From the NCBI GenBank assembly GCA_030603385.1, contig JAUVXW010000037.1:1-43076 (forward strand): a DNA stretch of 43,076 bases, in the 5' to 3' direction. This document shows, piece by piece, positions 28,773 to 38,448 of this stretch. The stretch comes from Promethearchaeota archaeon. Lineage in GTDB: Archaea > Asgardarchaeota > Lokiarchaeia > Sigyniarchaeales > SOKP01. Below the pieces are notes generated by a model. That model ran no database searches. It was not told the DNA's origin and saw only the letters and a program-made list of their open reading frames with translations. The position numbers and the translations under genes were made by a program. Position 1 is the stretch's first letter. The number at the start of each line of letters is the position of its first letter.

Positions 28773-28819
28773 ATTATCTTATAAATTTTAAATTGCTACT
28801 AATTAGTTTATAAGATAAT
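28773..28819. promoter_or_regulatory. 13-bp inverted repeat forming back-to-back identical TATA elements for divergent genes
   Basis: ATTATCTTATAAA (28773-28785) and TTTATAAGATAAT (28807-28819) with a 21-nt spacer. Confidence 0.55.
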
Positions 28820-28901
28820 TAATGAAATAAGGAAAAAAATATTAGCATAAAGAAGTCTATAATTTTATTAAGCAATAATGTTATCAATTTGAGGAAACAC
28901 T

Positions 28902-29504
28902 TTGAAATCTAATATTAGAGTTGCTATTGAAGAAGATGCTGAAGGAATTCTTAATGCTCTTAAGCAAAACCTGATTGAAATAAGAGAAGTTGATGAAATC
29001 TCTCAAAAACAAAGAAAAAAATTAGAGGAAGAAGGTTTTTTACGAAAAGAAGTTGACATAGATTACTACAAAAAACTGATTGAAGATCCTGACGTTGATA
29101 TTTATGTTGCGAAAAATAATGATGGAAACATTATTGGTTTTGCAATCATACATAGAAAAAAATACGACATCACAAAAGTACGTGATGTTGTTGGTAATCT
29201 CTCCTTCGAAAATAAAAAAACAAATGATTTACTCATTAATGCAAAAACCGAATTTGCTTATTTGGACCAAGTGAGTATTTTACCAGAATATAAACGTAAA
29301 GGAGTAGGTACTGCCATTTTTCAAAAAGGCTTACTAAAGATAAAAACGCCTGTTGTTGCCTTTATTGTAGAAAAACCGATATTTAATAAAGCCTCTGTTT
29401 ATTGGCATGAAAATAATGGATTTGAATTATCCGCCATAAGTGGTGGCGATTATAAGGGAAAAGCTTTTAAATTCCAAGTATTTGTGCATTGGAATGAAAA
29501 ATAA
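28902..29504 (+). CDS. GNAT family N-acetyltransferase
   Basis: IRVA..ED, IIGFA, LDQVSILPEYKRKGVG and N.AS..WHE.NGF. Confidence 0.9.
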   Translation: MKSNIRVAIEEDAEGILNALKQNLIEIREVDEISQKQRKKLEEEGFLRKEVDIDYYKKLIEDPDVDIYVAKNNDGNIIGFAIIHRKKYDITKVRDVVGNLSFENKKTNDLLINAKTEFAYLDQVSILPEYKRKGVGTAIFQKGLLKIKTPVVAFIVEKPIFNKASVYWHENNGFELSAISGGDYKGKAFKFQVFVHWNEK

Positions 29505-29738
29505 TCAAGAAGCAGATATTTAATTTATTATCGAAACGCTTTCTTTATTATTAAAAATTTATAAATAAATTCTTTTATAGTTAAATGAAAATTACTTAAA
29601 AGCACTTAATATTAGATATTAATTTCATTTTTTTGACTTAGAAAAGAGTTAGCCATTATAATAATAATTTTTTTAATTCATTATGAATAGTTCTCATCAA
29701 GACTGATGGAATTGATAAAGATTTTTTAAGGTTATAAC

Positions 29739-30551
29739 ATGAGTCGAATTGAGCATCACAGTGCTTTTGGTATTCTTATTTATTATCTAATATATATAAT
29801 TTGGACTAGATCGCTGATAGTTCCAAGTTATTATTTCAATGCAATAGTCTATTTTTCTTTGCTTCCCGACTTTGACGTGATATATTATTTTTTTAAAAGT
29901 AAAGGGAGATTAAAGCTCACTATGGAATATCAGCACCATTTAAATTCCCTTACTCATTATCCTCTCATTTTTTCCCATGTTATTATTATATTTATAATTA
30001 GTGTCATAATCAATTTTTATCCTCTCTATTTTTTGATTTCAGTTATAGGAATTTACGGTGGCCATTTTATAATTGATACAATAGCAAGTGGAGATGGAAT
30101 AATGTGGGGAAAAAACCCGTTCAGAAGAAAAAAGTACACTCGATTTATTAACAAATATTGTGATAAAACAGATGGATATCATGGTAGATATTGGGATGCT
30201 AGATACCGGCAAACCAAGATGTATAAAACAGGAAATTATGCTGTAATTGTAGTGCTTATAATTATTTCTTTTCATATTTTGAATTTATATATTTCAATTG
30301 GTTTATCCACCAGGACTCCAAGAAGCAGCCTTTTTAGCCTCATAATTTTCTTTTTAATACTACTTTATTTTGGATTAAGAAATCCCAAAGAAAAGTGGCT
30401 AAGAGAACCCCCAGAAGGTAGGTATTCGGATTACAGAGTCAATATGGAATATATTAATGGACTGAGTGAAAGTAATAGAAAGAATCATATAGAGAAACAT
30501 CAAGGACTATTAGAAAAAATTTATAAAATTAAATCTGAAGAAACTATTTAA
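29739..30551 (+). CDS. Membrane-bound metal-dependent hydrolase (YdjM-like)
   Basis: N-terminal HH, SLLPDFD, H...THYP, GHFIID and GIMW. Confidence 0.8.
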   Translation: MSRIEHHSAFGILIYYLIYIIWTRSLIVPSYYFNAIVYFSLLPDFDVIYYFFKSKGRLKLTMEYQHHLNSLTHYPLIFSHVIIIFIISVIINFYPLYFLISVIGIYGGHFIIDTIASGDGIMWGKNPFRRKKYTRFINKYCDKTDGYHGRYWDARYRQTKMYKTGNYAVIVVLIIISFHILNLYISIGLSTRTPRSSLFSLIIFFLILLYFGLRNPKEKWLREPPEGRYSDYRVNMEYINGLSESNRKNHIEKHQGLLEKIYKIKSEETI

Positions 30552-30591
30552 TACCAAAAATTAAGTAAAAAATCAATTAAAAAAATAGTGT

Positions 30592-31275
30592 TTATTGTTC
30601 AATTTCTGGAGTTTCAGCAAGTTTTTCGATAATATTAATTATGTCTTCTGCAAGTTCATATCTTTCAGCGCGATATTTCTCACGATTTAGTCTCTTTTCA
30701 ACCTGTAATGGATTACCAACTTTCACCTTAATTGCAGTACCTGTAAACATATTTAAAATTTTAGCTTTGTCTTGGATAATCGCTATAGGGATAATTGGAG
30801 CATCCGCTGCAATTGCAAATTTAATTATCGCTGCCATTGTTTTCACTTGTACTTCTCGATCTCGCTTTGCTTCGGGTGTCATAGCAACAAGGTCGCCTTT
30901 CTGATTTAGAATCTCAAATACTTTTTCAATAGGTTCAGTATCTTCCTTGCTTTCAGTTCCACGAATCATTCCAAGGCTCTTAAGAACTGGACCAAGAATC
31001 TGATGTTTCATCATTTTTGGATCTAGCATGAAATGTATTTTACGTCCTGATACTTGACTTATAATTAACATATCGCGTATAATATCTTTTGCTACCGTAG
31101 TAAGAATAGCTTTTCCTCTTATAGGTACATTATCCTTACCTTCGATTCTTAAATTCATAAATGCTTGAAAAAATAATCCACTTAATCCTTTTACAGCACC
31201 ATAAAGAATATCAGTAGCGATTACTTTCGGATTTAACTTATCTGAATCTTCTGAAACTACTTGTTCTTCAACCAT
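30592..31275 (-). CDS. PlsC/lysophospholipid acyltransferase-fold protein lacking the catalytic His
   Basis: IEGKDNVP..GKAIL, IHFM, MTPEAKR (FPEGTR equivalent), APIIPIAI and VKVGNP. HxxxxD is replaced by TVAKDIIRD. Confidence 0.8.
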   Translation of the reverse strand: MVEEQVVSEDSDKLNPKVIATDILYGAVKGLSGLFFQAFMNLRIEGKDNVPIRGKAILTTVAKDIIRDMLIISQVSGRKIHFMLDPKMMKHQILGPVLKSLGMIRGTESKEDTEPIEKVFEILNQKGDLVAMTPEAKRDREVQVKTMAAIIKFAIAADAPIIPIAIIQDKAKILNMFTGTAIKVKVGNPLQVEKRLNREKYRAERYELAEDIINIIEKLAETPEIEQ

Positions 31276-31299
31276 ATTATATTTACACCTTACATTATA

Positions 31300-31494
31300 T
31301 TATAACTTATCTATAAAATCGTTAACTTCTTCCATTCTTTTTTCATAATATTCTTTTAATTCTTTTTCTGATACAAAAGTGGGAATAACCTTTTCAGTAT
31401 ACAGGTCAAAAATCGTACTCAACTTTGTTTTATGTCTTAGGGTTTCGAGAAATTCTTCACCTAAATCTTTTAACTGTCTTAAAAACTCTGCCAT
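31300..31494 (-). CDS. Small helical hypothetical protein (64 aa, MAEFLRQLKD...)
   Basis: ATG lies 4 nt after the activase stop with GGAGGT upstream. The longer track start overlaps the activase gene. Confidence 0.7.
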   Translation of the reverse strand: MAEFLRQLKDLGEEFLETLRHKTKLSTIFDLYTEKVIPTFVSEKELKEYYEKRMEEVNDFIDKL

Positions 31495-31498
31495 TCTC

Positions 31499-32521
31499 TT
31501 AAAATACCTCCCATTTTCCACATCTACTACCCCATCGAGCAATTACTTTATTCTCATCCTGAGGCATTTTAACTTGAATAATGGTGCAATTATTGGGGCA
31601 ATCACCGCACAGAAATGCTGATGTTTTAAATTCTAGATCACCCACATTGAGTCCTCGAAACAGAGTTTCGGTAGGATGATCTAAATAATAATCTCTCACT
31701 AGGATTGCCATTCCTAAGGCACCCATTAAAACGTTATATTTCGGAACGATGACTTCACATTCCAGATGTCTTTCAAAAGCTTGTACAATTCCTTCATTAT
31801 AAGATACTCCACCTTGAAAGACTATGGGTTCTGCTAATTCTTTCCCCTTTGACAAATTGTTCATATAATTTCTAACTAATGAATCACACAAACCTGCTAT
31901 GATATCTTCTCTAGAATAACCCGCATTTTGCTTATGTATCATATCAGATTCTGCAAATACTGTACATCTTCCAGCAATGCTTGCTGGATTTTTAGCCTTT
32001 ATCGCATAACTTCCAAAGTCCTCAATTGGAATTCCTAATCTCGAGGCTTGATGATCAAGGAAGGAACCTGTACCTGCTGCGCACACTGAATTCATGGCAA
32101 AATCCACTATAATACCATCTCGTAGAATGATGAGTTTCGAATCTTGACCACCAATTTCTAAAATTGTTCTTACATCGGGATACAATGCCTGCGCCGCAAC
32201 CGCATGAGCAATTATTTCAGTTTTAGCAAGATCACCACCAACAATGGCTTTTGTTAAATATCTTGCTGAACCAGTAGTACCACAACAACGAATTTCATAT
32301 TCTTGTAGTTCCTCGCTTTCCTCAATATTTACTCTTAGATCTTCCATACCTGCCTTAGCGGATTCTATAGGTGAACCCCTATTACGTAGAAAGACGCTAC
32401 TTAGTAGATTACCTTCTAGATCCATTAATACAAACTTGCAGGTTACACTTCCAATATCTATTCCGAGAAAAGCATCTAACTTTCCGTCATCTTTAGCAAC
32501 TTTATCTGAAACTTGTACCAT
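31499..32521 (-). CDS. 2-hydroxyacyl-CoA dehydratase activator-type ATPase (BadF/BadG/BcrA/BcrD, CoA-substrate-specific activase)
   Basis: GIDIGS, TGS.R, EI.AH, IGGQDSK, MN..CAAGTGSFLD, CTVFAESD, FQGGV and a C-terminal CGDCPNNC...C. Confidence 0.93.
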   Translation of the reverse strand: MVQVSDKVAKDDGKLDAFLGIDIGSVTCKFVLMDLEGNLLSSVFLRNRGSPIESAKAGMEDLRVNIEESEELQEYEIRCCGTTGSARYLTKAIVGGDLAKTEIIAHAVAAQALYPDVRTILEIGGQDSKLIILRDGIIVDFAMNSVCAAGTGSFLDHQASRLGIPIEDFGSYAIKAKNPASIAGRCTVFAESDMIHKQNAGYSREDIIAGLCDSLVRNYMNNLSKGKELAEPIVFQGGVSYNEGIVQAFERHLECEVIVPKYNVLMGALGMAILVRDYYLDHPTETLFRGLNVGDLEFKTSAFLCGDCPNNCTIIQVKMPQDENKVIARWGSRCGKWEVF

Positions 32522-32533
32522 TTAATCACATCT

Positions 32534-33721
32534 CTATTGATTTTGAAGTAATTGAAAACATTCTTGAAAAAAATGCGATCCATTTGATTTATAAAAATTA
32601 TCCTTAGCTTTTTCTAATGAAATCTTTTCAATTCCTAATTTATGTTTACGCCTTGAGTCCATTAAGTCTACGAAGGCTTCTAATCTCGTCCTCATACCCT
32701 CAGTTCCAGAATGTTCATCAAAAGAGAAGAATATTATCGGGAGATCATAGATCCTCTTCAATTTATTCGTTATAATCGTTCGAGCTGTCACTTCGGGCAT
32801 ACAGGTAAAGGGATATACATGAACAGTTCCATCAAAACCACTCTGGGCTCTATCAATATATTCTCCTAACACCCACTGGCATTCTCCTCCGATATCCATT
32901 GGAACGTATGGGTGAGATAAGTGTTCTAGCCATTTTCGATGAAAATTCAAATGGAACTTATGAGAAACCCAATCCCACAAGCTTAAATTTTGATGTATCT
33001 CCACACCCATTTCTCCTAGTTTCCTTCTAATATCGACATTAACAAATGGCTCTAAACTTATATGTATTTCACCAAATAATGCAACTCGTAAAGGAGTTCG
33101 TGTAGTATCAACATCTATTTGATTAAAATCTTCTTTGATTACTTTTTTAAAATTTCGTAGTTCTTTAAGGGTATTGGTTTGATCGAGTTTATTTAATAAA
33201 CTATTCAAAACTTTAGTCGTATCTCCCTGATTCCGTTCATATGCCCGGAACAAGCCTTCAGCAGTTTGAATATCTTGCAAAAGTTTTGCTTTCTTCAAGA
33301 AAAATATAACCGCTTTTACGAACTTTGAATAAGCAAATAAATCCCTCTTTCCACTTAAATCTTGGAGTGTCTTGACCCATTTAAATTCGAGTAAATCCGA
33401 TTGGTCTAAGGGAATTACATTTACATGCTTATATCCCATATCATGTAAAAGGCGTTCTTGTACAGCATGATAAAATCCGAATCTACATGGTCCACAATCA
33501 ATTGCCATAACAAGCGTATCTGCGCCCTTATTAATGGCACTTACGAAGTCACCCAAAGTCGCCTTAAATGGAAAACAAACAAACTCAGGACTATATTTTA
33601 CTCCAATTTTAATGGCTTCACGATTAGTTGGGTCAGGTAATACAACTTCTATGTCAAGTTGTTCGAATAGTGCCTTGAATGCATAAACATTTGGTCCCAT
33701 GTTAGGGAATGAGAGAATCAT
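32534..33721 (-). CDS. 2-hydroxyacyl-CoA dehydratase-like Fe-S partner of the activase (YxcA-like C-terminal module)
   Basis: SFPNMG, PEFVCFPFK..LG, GPCRFG.Y, PFTCMPE and FDEH...G..TRLEAF. Confidence 0.85.
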   Translation of the reverse strand: MILSFPNMGPNVYAFKALFEQLDIEVVLPDPTNREAIKIGVKYSPEFVCFPFKATLGDFVSAINKGADTLVMAIDCGPCRFGFYHAVQERLLHDMGYKHVNVIPLDQSDLLEFKWVKTLQDLSGKRDLFAYSKFVKAVIFFLKKAKLLQDIQTAEGLFRAYERNQGDTTKVLNSLLNKLDQTNTLKELRNFKKVIKEDFNQIDVDTTRTPLRVALFGEIHISLEPFVNVDIRRKLGEMGVEIHQNLSLWDWVSHKFHLNFHRKWLEHLSHPYVPMDIGGECQWVLGEYIDRAQSGFDGTVHVYPFTCMPEVTARTIITNKLKRIYDLPIIFFSFDEHSGTEGMRTRLEAFVDLMDSRRKHKLGIEKISLEKAKDNFYKSNGSHFFQECFQLLQNQ

Positions 33722-34087
33722 CTATCTTAGAACTCCTCAAGTCTTCTTAATACGTATTGTTTCACTAATGAATGATTATAATCGACGTTTATTTAAATAA
33801 ACTATTGTTTAAATAACAAAGCAAATAATAAAAATGTACCTATTATAAACAAATTATCAAAAGTATGAATTCTTTTATTAAAAATCTTAGTTTTGGTTAA
33901 TAAATTTCATTAATTCATGAACTAAAATCAAAGTTTACAGCCTTTTTATCCTTTAAATGGTGTACTTCCTCAGGATAAAATTATTCAAAAGAATTATAAT
34001 AATTTAATACATTTATTCAAAATACTGCTTAGCAAATCGTGATTTTTATAAGCAAAATTTAAATTTTCACAGATCTTCTTTTATAAC

Positions 34088-34354
34088 ATGACAATTATAA
34101 ATATTAGCAATCATGGGCGAATTACAATTCCTTCAGAATTGAGAAAGAAATATGGTTGGAGGGATGGAGATAAAGTAATTATCATTGATGATCCTACGGA
34201 AGGAATTAAGATTTTACCTTATATTCCCGATGAGAAAATACCAGGCATATTGGATAGAAAAGTAGGCATTAAAATAATTGAAGATATTTCTAAAGAGCGG
34301 AAATTAGAAATAGAGCAAGAAAAAACTAAATTATATAAGAATACAACATCATGA
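34088..34354 (+). CDS. AbrB/MazE/SpoVT-type antitoxin (VapB-like)
   Basis: ISNHGRITIPSELRKKYGW.DGD, with an ATGA overlap into the PIN gene. Confidence 0.9.
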   Translation: MTIINISNHGRITIPSELRKKYGWRDGDKVIIIDDPTEGIKILPYIPDEKIPGILDRKVGIKIIEDISKERKLEIEQEKTKLYKNTTS

Positions 34355-34752
34355 AAAACATCATTTTTCTTGATTCGGGCGTGTTAGGTTTATATTTAGT
34401 AAAAGACGAATCTTTAATGAAAGAATTATCTCTTACAATTAAAAGAAATATTTCATATTTATCTTCTGAGTTAAATTTTATTGAACTTTATAATCATATT
34501 TGCAGAGAGAAAGGAAAAATAAGCTCACAAATTATTATGGAGAATCTTCGCAGAGGTACATTTATGAAGTTTATTCCTGTAACAAATAAGACTTCTATCT
34601 TTGCTGGGGAACTTAAATGTAAATATCGATTTTTATCTATAGTAGATTCAGTAGTTTGTGCTGAGGTTTTATTGAGAAAAGCTGATATTTATACGACTGA
34701 GACACATTTTAGCAAAATTAAAAATTTAAAAGTGAAAAAATTTAGATTCTAA
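34351..34752 (+). CDS. vapC: PIN-domain toxin (VapC-like)
   Basis: FLDSG, N..E, LS.VDS and YTTE.HF, translationally coupled to the AbrB gene. Confidence 0.85.
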   Translation: MKNIIFLDSGVLGLYLVKDESLMKELSLTIKRNISYLSSELNFIELYNHICREKGKISSQIIMENLRRGTFMKFIPVTNKTSIFAGELKCKYRFLSIVDSVVCAEVLLRKADIYTTETHFSKIKNLKVKKFRF

Positions 34753-35059
34753 AGAACTGTATTTTTAGAAAGTGTACAGCAGTCAATATAGTTTAAATAT
34801 TTTTTAGTAAGAAATATATGACTGTTTAACTATTTAATAAAAAATTGAGGATAAGAGAAATTGAGAAAGAAGATGACAAATAGAAGACAATCCAATAATA
34901 GAGGACTATTAAGACTTGTAGCGGAAAAAAAGCAATTGAACGCTCTTAATTGATACACTAATTTTCTTTAACAAATGTTTTTATTCAAATTATCTTACTA
35001 GATAGAGGAATAAGATATTAAAACTAAGAACTGATAAATTAATTGAATGATAGAAGGAT

Positions 35060-36019
35060 TTGAGTTCTACGGTTAAAAAAGAGAAAAATAAGCCAATAAA
35101 GGAAAAAAAAGAAAAAAAGAAGAAATCAAAGGTTCATGGAGCAAATATACCTAATGAAAATCACGAAGAGATAAAAAAGAGCAGCATCTTTTCCGCGCTA
35201 GACAAAATTGATAATAAAATTAAAGAAGAAACCAGAGCTATAGAGGAAAAATTAAGAGTAGGATTAATAAAAAGTGAAAAATCTAAAACTATTGAGGATA
35301 TTGAAAAAGAGGAAATTGAGATTAATGAAGTTAAAAAAAAGATAGAAAATCTAAGGATACTTAAAGACGAACACGATAAGAAGGGAGAGTTCGATGAATC
35401 TATTGAAGTTTCTAAAAAAATTATAACCGTTGCTTTTTCAAATAAATTAAAGGCTATAGTGAATGAAGAAAAGAAGTTTTTAGAGTTAACAGAAAAAAAG
35501 GTAATTCAAAAATCTGAGACAATGGAAATTCTTGATAAAAAAGACGATTTGGGATCCATTAGACAAGAAAAAGAAAAAATGGAAACCATAAAAGAGAATG
35601 TAAACGCAAAATTAAAAAAAGCAAGAATTCAAGAAAATAAGAAATTTGAAGAAGAAAAGCGAAAATTCATGGAGGAAAAAGAAACATTTAAGTGGGAAAA
35701 ACAAATGTTAGAAGAATTAAAAAAACATGAGAGAGATAAAGAAAAAGACACGACAAGAGAGGAAATTGATAAAGAAATAGAAAAGAATGAAGGTGATGAA
35801 AAAAAGAGATTCGAAGAAGAGAAGTTAAATTTCGAAAGAGAAAAAGCAAAATTTGAACAGGAAAAACAAAAATATCAAGAAGAAAGAGAGGCATTCAAGC
35901 AAGAAAGATTAAAGTTTAACGAAGATAAAGAAGCTTTTAAATGGGAAAAACAAATGTTTGAAGAAATGAAAAAACATGAAAGAAGCAAAGAAAAAAATAT
36001 TGAGATAAAAGAAGATTGA
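35060..36019 (+). CDS. Lys/Glu-rich coiled-coil protein with aromatic heptads and a duplicated FKWEKQM..E.KKHER block
   Basis: Low-complexity charged composition with an internal repeat visible in both protein and DNA. Confidence 0.75.
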   Translation: MSSTVKKEKNKPIKEKKEKKKKSKVHGANIPNENHEEIKKSSIFSALDKIDNKIKEETRAIEEKLRVGLIKSEKSKTIEDIEKEEIEINEVKKKIENLRILKDEHDKKGEFDESIEVSKKIITVAFSNKLKAIVNEEKKFLELTEKKVIQKSETMEILDKKDDLGSIRQEKEKMETIKENVNAKLKKARIQENKKFEEEKRKFMEEKETFKWEKQMLEELKKHERDKEKDTTREEIDKEIEKNEGDEKKRFEEEKLNFEREKAKFEQEKQKYQEEREAFKQERLKFNEDKEAFKWEKQMFEEMKKHERSKEKNIEIKED

Positions 36020-36059
36020 TAACCCATCACATTTCCTTATATTATAATTTTTTAATTTA

Positions 36060-37049
36060 TTAATCTTTCTTAAAATCTATAAATAGCCAATTCTTAGTGA
36101 ATTCATATCCTTCTTTGGTCGTTGGTGCTTGCCCGTGTTCTAAATGAAAACCAAGTCTATCAAGTGTATTCATCATATAAAATGGTGGGGAATCAGGTGG
36201 AGCACCAGGCAGTCTATTTTCGAAGATCTGGGGAACTCTCTCTTTCTTAAATAATTTTACAGTTTCCTTAATATCATCGACACACCAGTTAAGATTATGA
36301 ACATATGCTCCATTCTTTTGTAAAAGTTCATACCATGTTCCTTCTTTTCCTACAGGTTGACAATACTGAAGTACAGCATTACTCAAATTGACATGAATAA
36401 TTCGCATGAAATCACTATCTAAAATACTGGAAAATTCTTTTTCTATTATTTCAGTGCCAAATAGTTTATGCAAGAACTCATACGTCTTCTCATTATCAGA
36501 ATTAGTTAATTCAATATGTAGCATGGTTGATGCATCCCCAATTAACTTATCATAACCTGTTGGATACTGAGTTTTAGGGATATCCCCTTCTTTTATCATT
36601 GATCTTTCTGATAAAGCTAAATGGAAGCCGAATATTTCCATAGTATCCAAAATGTATAATGTTTTTGCATCCTGATTCATTTGCTCTAATGGAATTATCT
36701 TTTCCCATTCTATATCAATTCTCGAGAGAGGAGCAATCCCTCGTTCTTTTTCTATTATTTTAACTGTTTCTTTGATGTTGTCTACAGTAAAAGTTAAATG
36801 ATGGACTCCAGGACCTTTGGTTTGCAAATGATTATACCAAATTCCTTCTCTAGCTAATGGTTCAATGAATTGTAAAACAAGATCACCAACTCCAACATGT
36901 ATGACTTTAGCAGAATCTCCATTTAATAGATTTGCTAAATCCTCTTGTATTTTTAAAGCACCAAATAAATTATGAAGAAGTTGATAAGCTTCTTCAGCAT
37001 TAGGCACAATTACTCCAATATTAACCAAGGGTGAAAGTTTTATTGTCAT
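36060..37049 (-). CDS. Tandem VOC (methylmalonyl-CoA epimerase-like) protein
   Basis: Two homologous halves: LQFIEP...GPGVHHLTFTVDNI and LQYCQP...GAYVHNLNWCVDDI. Confidence 0.85.
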   Translation of the reverse strand: MTIKLSPLVNIGVIVPNAEEAYQLLHNLFGALKIQEDLANLLNGDSAKVIHVGVGDLVLQFIEPLAREGIWYNHLQTKGPGVHHLTFTVDNIKETVKIIEKERGIAPLSRIDIEWEKIIPLEQMNQDAKTLYILDTMEIFGFHLALSERSMIKEGDIPKTQYPTGYDKLIGDASTMLHIELTNSDNEKTYEFLHKLFGTEIIEKEFSSILDSDFMRIIHVNLSNAVLQYCQPVGKEGTWYELLQKNGAYVHNLNWCVDDIKETVKLFKKERVPQIFENRLPGAPPDSPPFYMMNTLDRLGFHLEHGQAPTTKEGYEFTKNWLFIDFKKD

Positions 37050-37242
37050 TTAAATCATACTTTTACAATTTTCAGGTTTGTTGTCTTATTAAATTTCTTA
37101 AGCTTACTTTTTATTTATCTTTCACGATTCTCCTTATTTTTCGTCATCAGGTATTGCGAGAATAATGAATATATTATCTTTGGCGATTTTAAGTTCTTTA
37201 TTTGTAATCGTAATGTATTTAGGAAAATTATAACTATAAAAA

Positions 37243-38040
37243 TTAAATTTTGTTGACATGATTTAAGAATGCTTTCACTATCATATGAAATTTAGGATCA
37301 GGGACAACAGTTAAATGGTCTTTTCCTTGAATTTGAAAGTGACACGCATCTGGAACTAATTGAGCTATTAAGGTTTTATCCCCAGGAATAAAATCATCAG
37401 ATCCTACAACAGTCATGACTGGGACCTTAATTCCTCTAAGAGCCTTTTTCATTTGGGCATTTGTTTGAAATTCGCTTGCCTGAGGTTGAAGACCACCTTT
37501 CATAACAGCAGCTAAAGCATTTAAATTAGCTCCAGTTGATTCAGCAAATTGTCGAAATCCTAATGCAACTGGATTTTTAATGTTATCAATATTACTTGCT
37601 TTTAAAGCCTCGATGATCTCAAGTGTTCGTTTCGCCGCCGCTGCCCTTTCTTCATCACTAAGAAACTGAAGAACGAATCCACCAAGAATAGCACTCTTAA
37701 AGAGTTCTTGTTTACGAAGTAATATATTTAATGTTAATCTAGAGCCCATCGAATATCCAAAGAAATCTGCCTTCTCAATAGATAGATAATCAATTAACTT
37801 TATTATATCATCGGTCATGTGTGCCCCATATTGAGTTGGATCTAAAGGTTTATCGCTTTTGCCATGACCACGGCAATCTAAAAGTATTAATCTATATTTA
37901 TCCTTTAGGATATTTACCCAATTTGCTAACTTCCAATTTCCTTCAAGACTTGCTGCAAATCCATGTATCATTACTACAGGAGGGCCTTCTCCTTCGATTT
38001 CATAATAAATTTTAACCCCATCGTTATTGAAATATGGCAT
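37243..38040 (-). CDS. Alpha/beta hydrolase
   Basis: HGF, D.RGHG.S, GYSMG nucleophile elbow, G..D and DH. Confidence 0.92.
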   Translation of the reverse strand: MPYFNNDGVKIYYEIEGEGPPVVMIHGFAASLEGNWKLANWVNILKDKYRLILLDCRGHGKSDKPLDPTQYGAHMTDDIIKLIDYLSIEKADFFGYSMGSRLTLNILLRKQELFKSAILGGFVLQFLSDEERAAAAKRTLEIIEALKASNIDNIKNPVALGFRQFAESTGANLNALAAVMKGGLQPQASEFQTNAQMKKALRGIKVPVMTVVGSDDFIPGDKTLIAQLVPDACHFQIQGKDHLTVVPDPKFHMIVKAFLNHVNKI

Positions 38041-38052
38041 TATAAGAATTCC

Positions 38053-38340
38053 TCATTCCTCTTTTATCCTTCTTAATTCAATTTTTACAGCATTAATTCT
38101 ATCCATGCATTCAAGTTCAACGACATCTTGATCTGCTACCCATTGCTTTGGAAATCCTCCACCAAACTGAAGCATAATAATATAAGGGAAAATATCATGA
38201 TAAAAGAATCCACATAATCCTCCAGCACTATGGCCACTCAGCTCAATTTTATCACCAACTTTATGGCCAGCATTACAATTGCCTTTAACTTCTTTTATAG
38301 TACCAACAATTCGATACCCAATCTTTAAATTTTCAGCCAT
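38053..38340 (-). CDS. TIGR04076-like small Cys-containing protein
   Basis: VKG.C.AGHKVGD, GLC...YH...PY, L.FGG.F and C.D. Confidence 0.8.
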   Translation of the reverse strand: MAENLKIGYRIVGTIKEVKGNCNAGHKVGDKIELSGHSAGGLCGFFYHDIFPYIIMLQFGGGFPKQWVADQDVVELECMDRINAVKIELRRIKEE

Positions 38341-38448
38341 AATTATCTACCTCTTTATTGTCTAATTTTATATAATTTCAAGTTTAATTATATCTAGTGT
38401 TATATTATTCAATTTATTTAAATTAATTAGGTTATTATTAGGTTTATT

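Noticed and set aside
31495-31542. Track start of the 80-aa ORF (MLDGVV...)
   Set aside because: It overlaps the activase 3' end. The ATG at 31494 with an upstream GGAGGT is more plausible.
33722-35059. Toxin-antitoxin pair as the marker of a mobile element
   Set aside because: No integrase, transposase, terminal repeats or tRNA target was seen. Solo vapBC loci are common in archaeal chromosomes.
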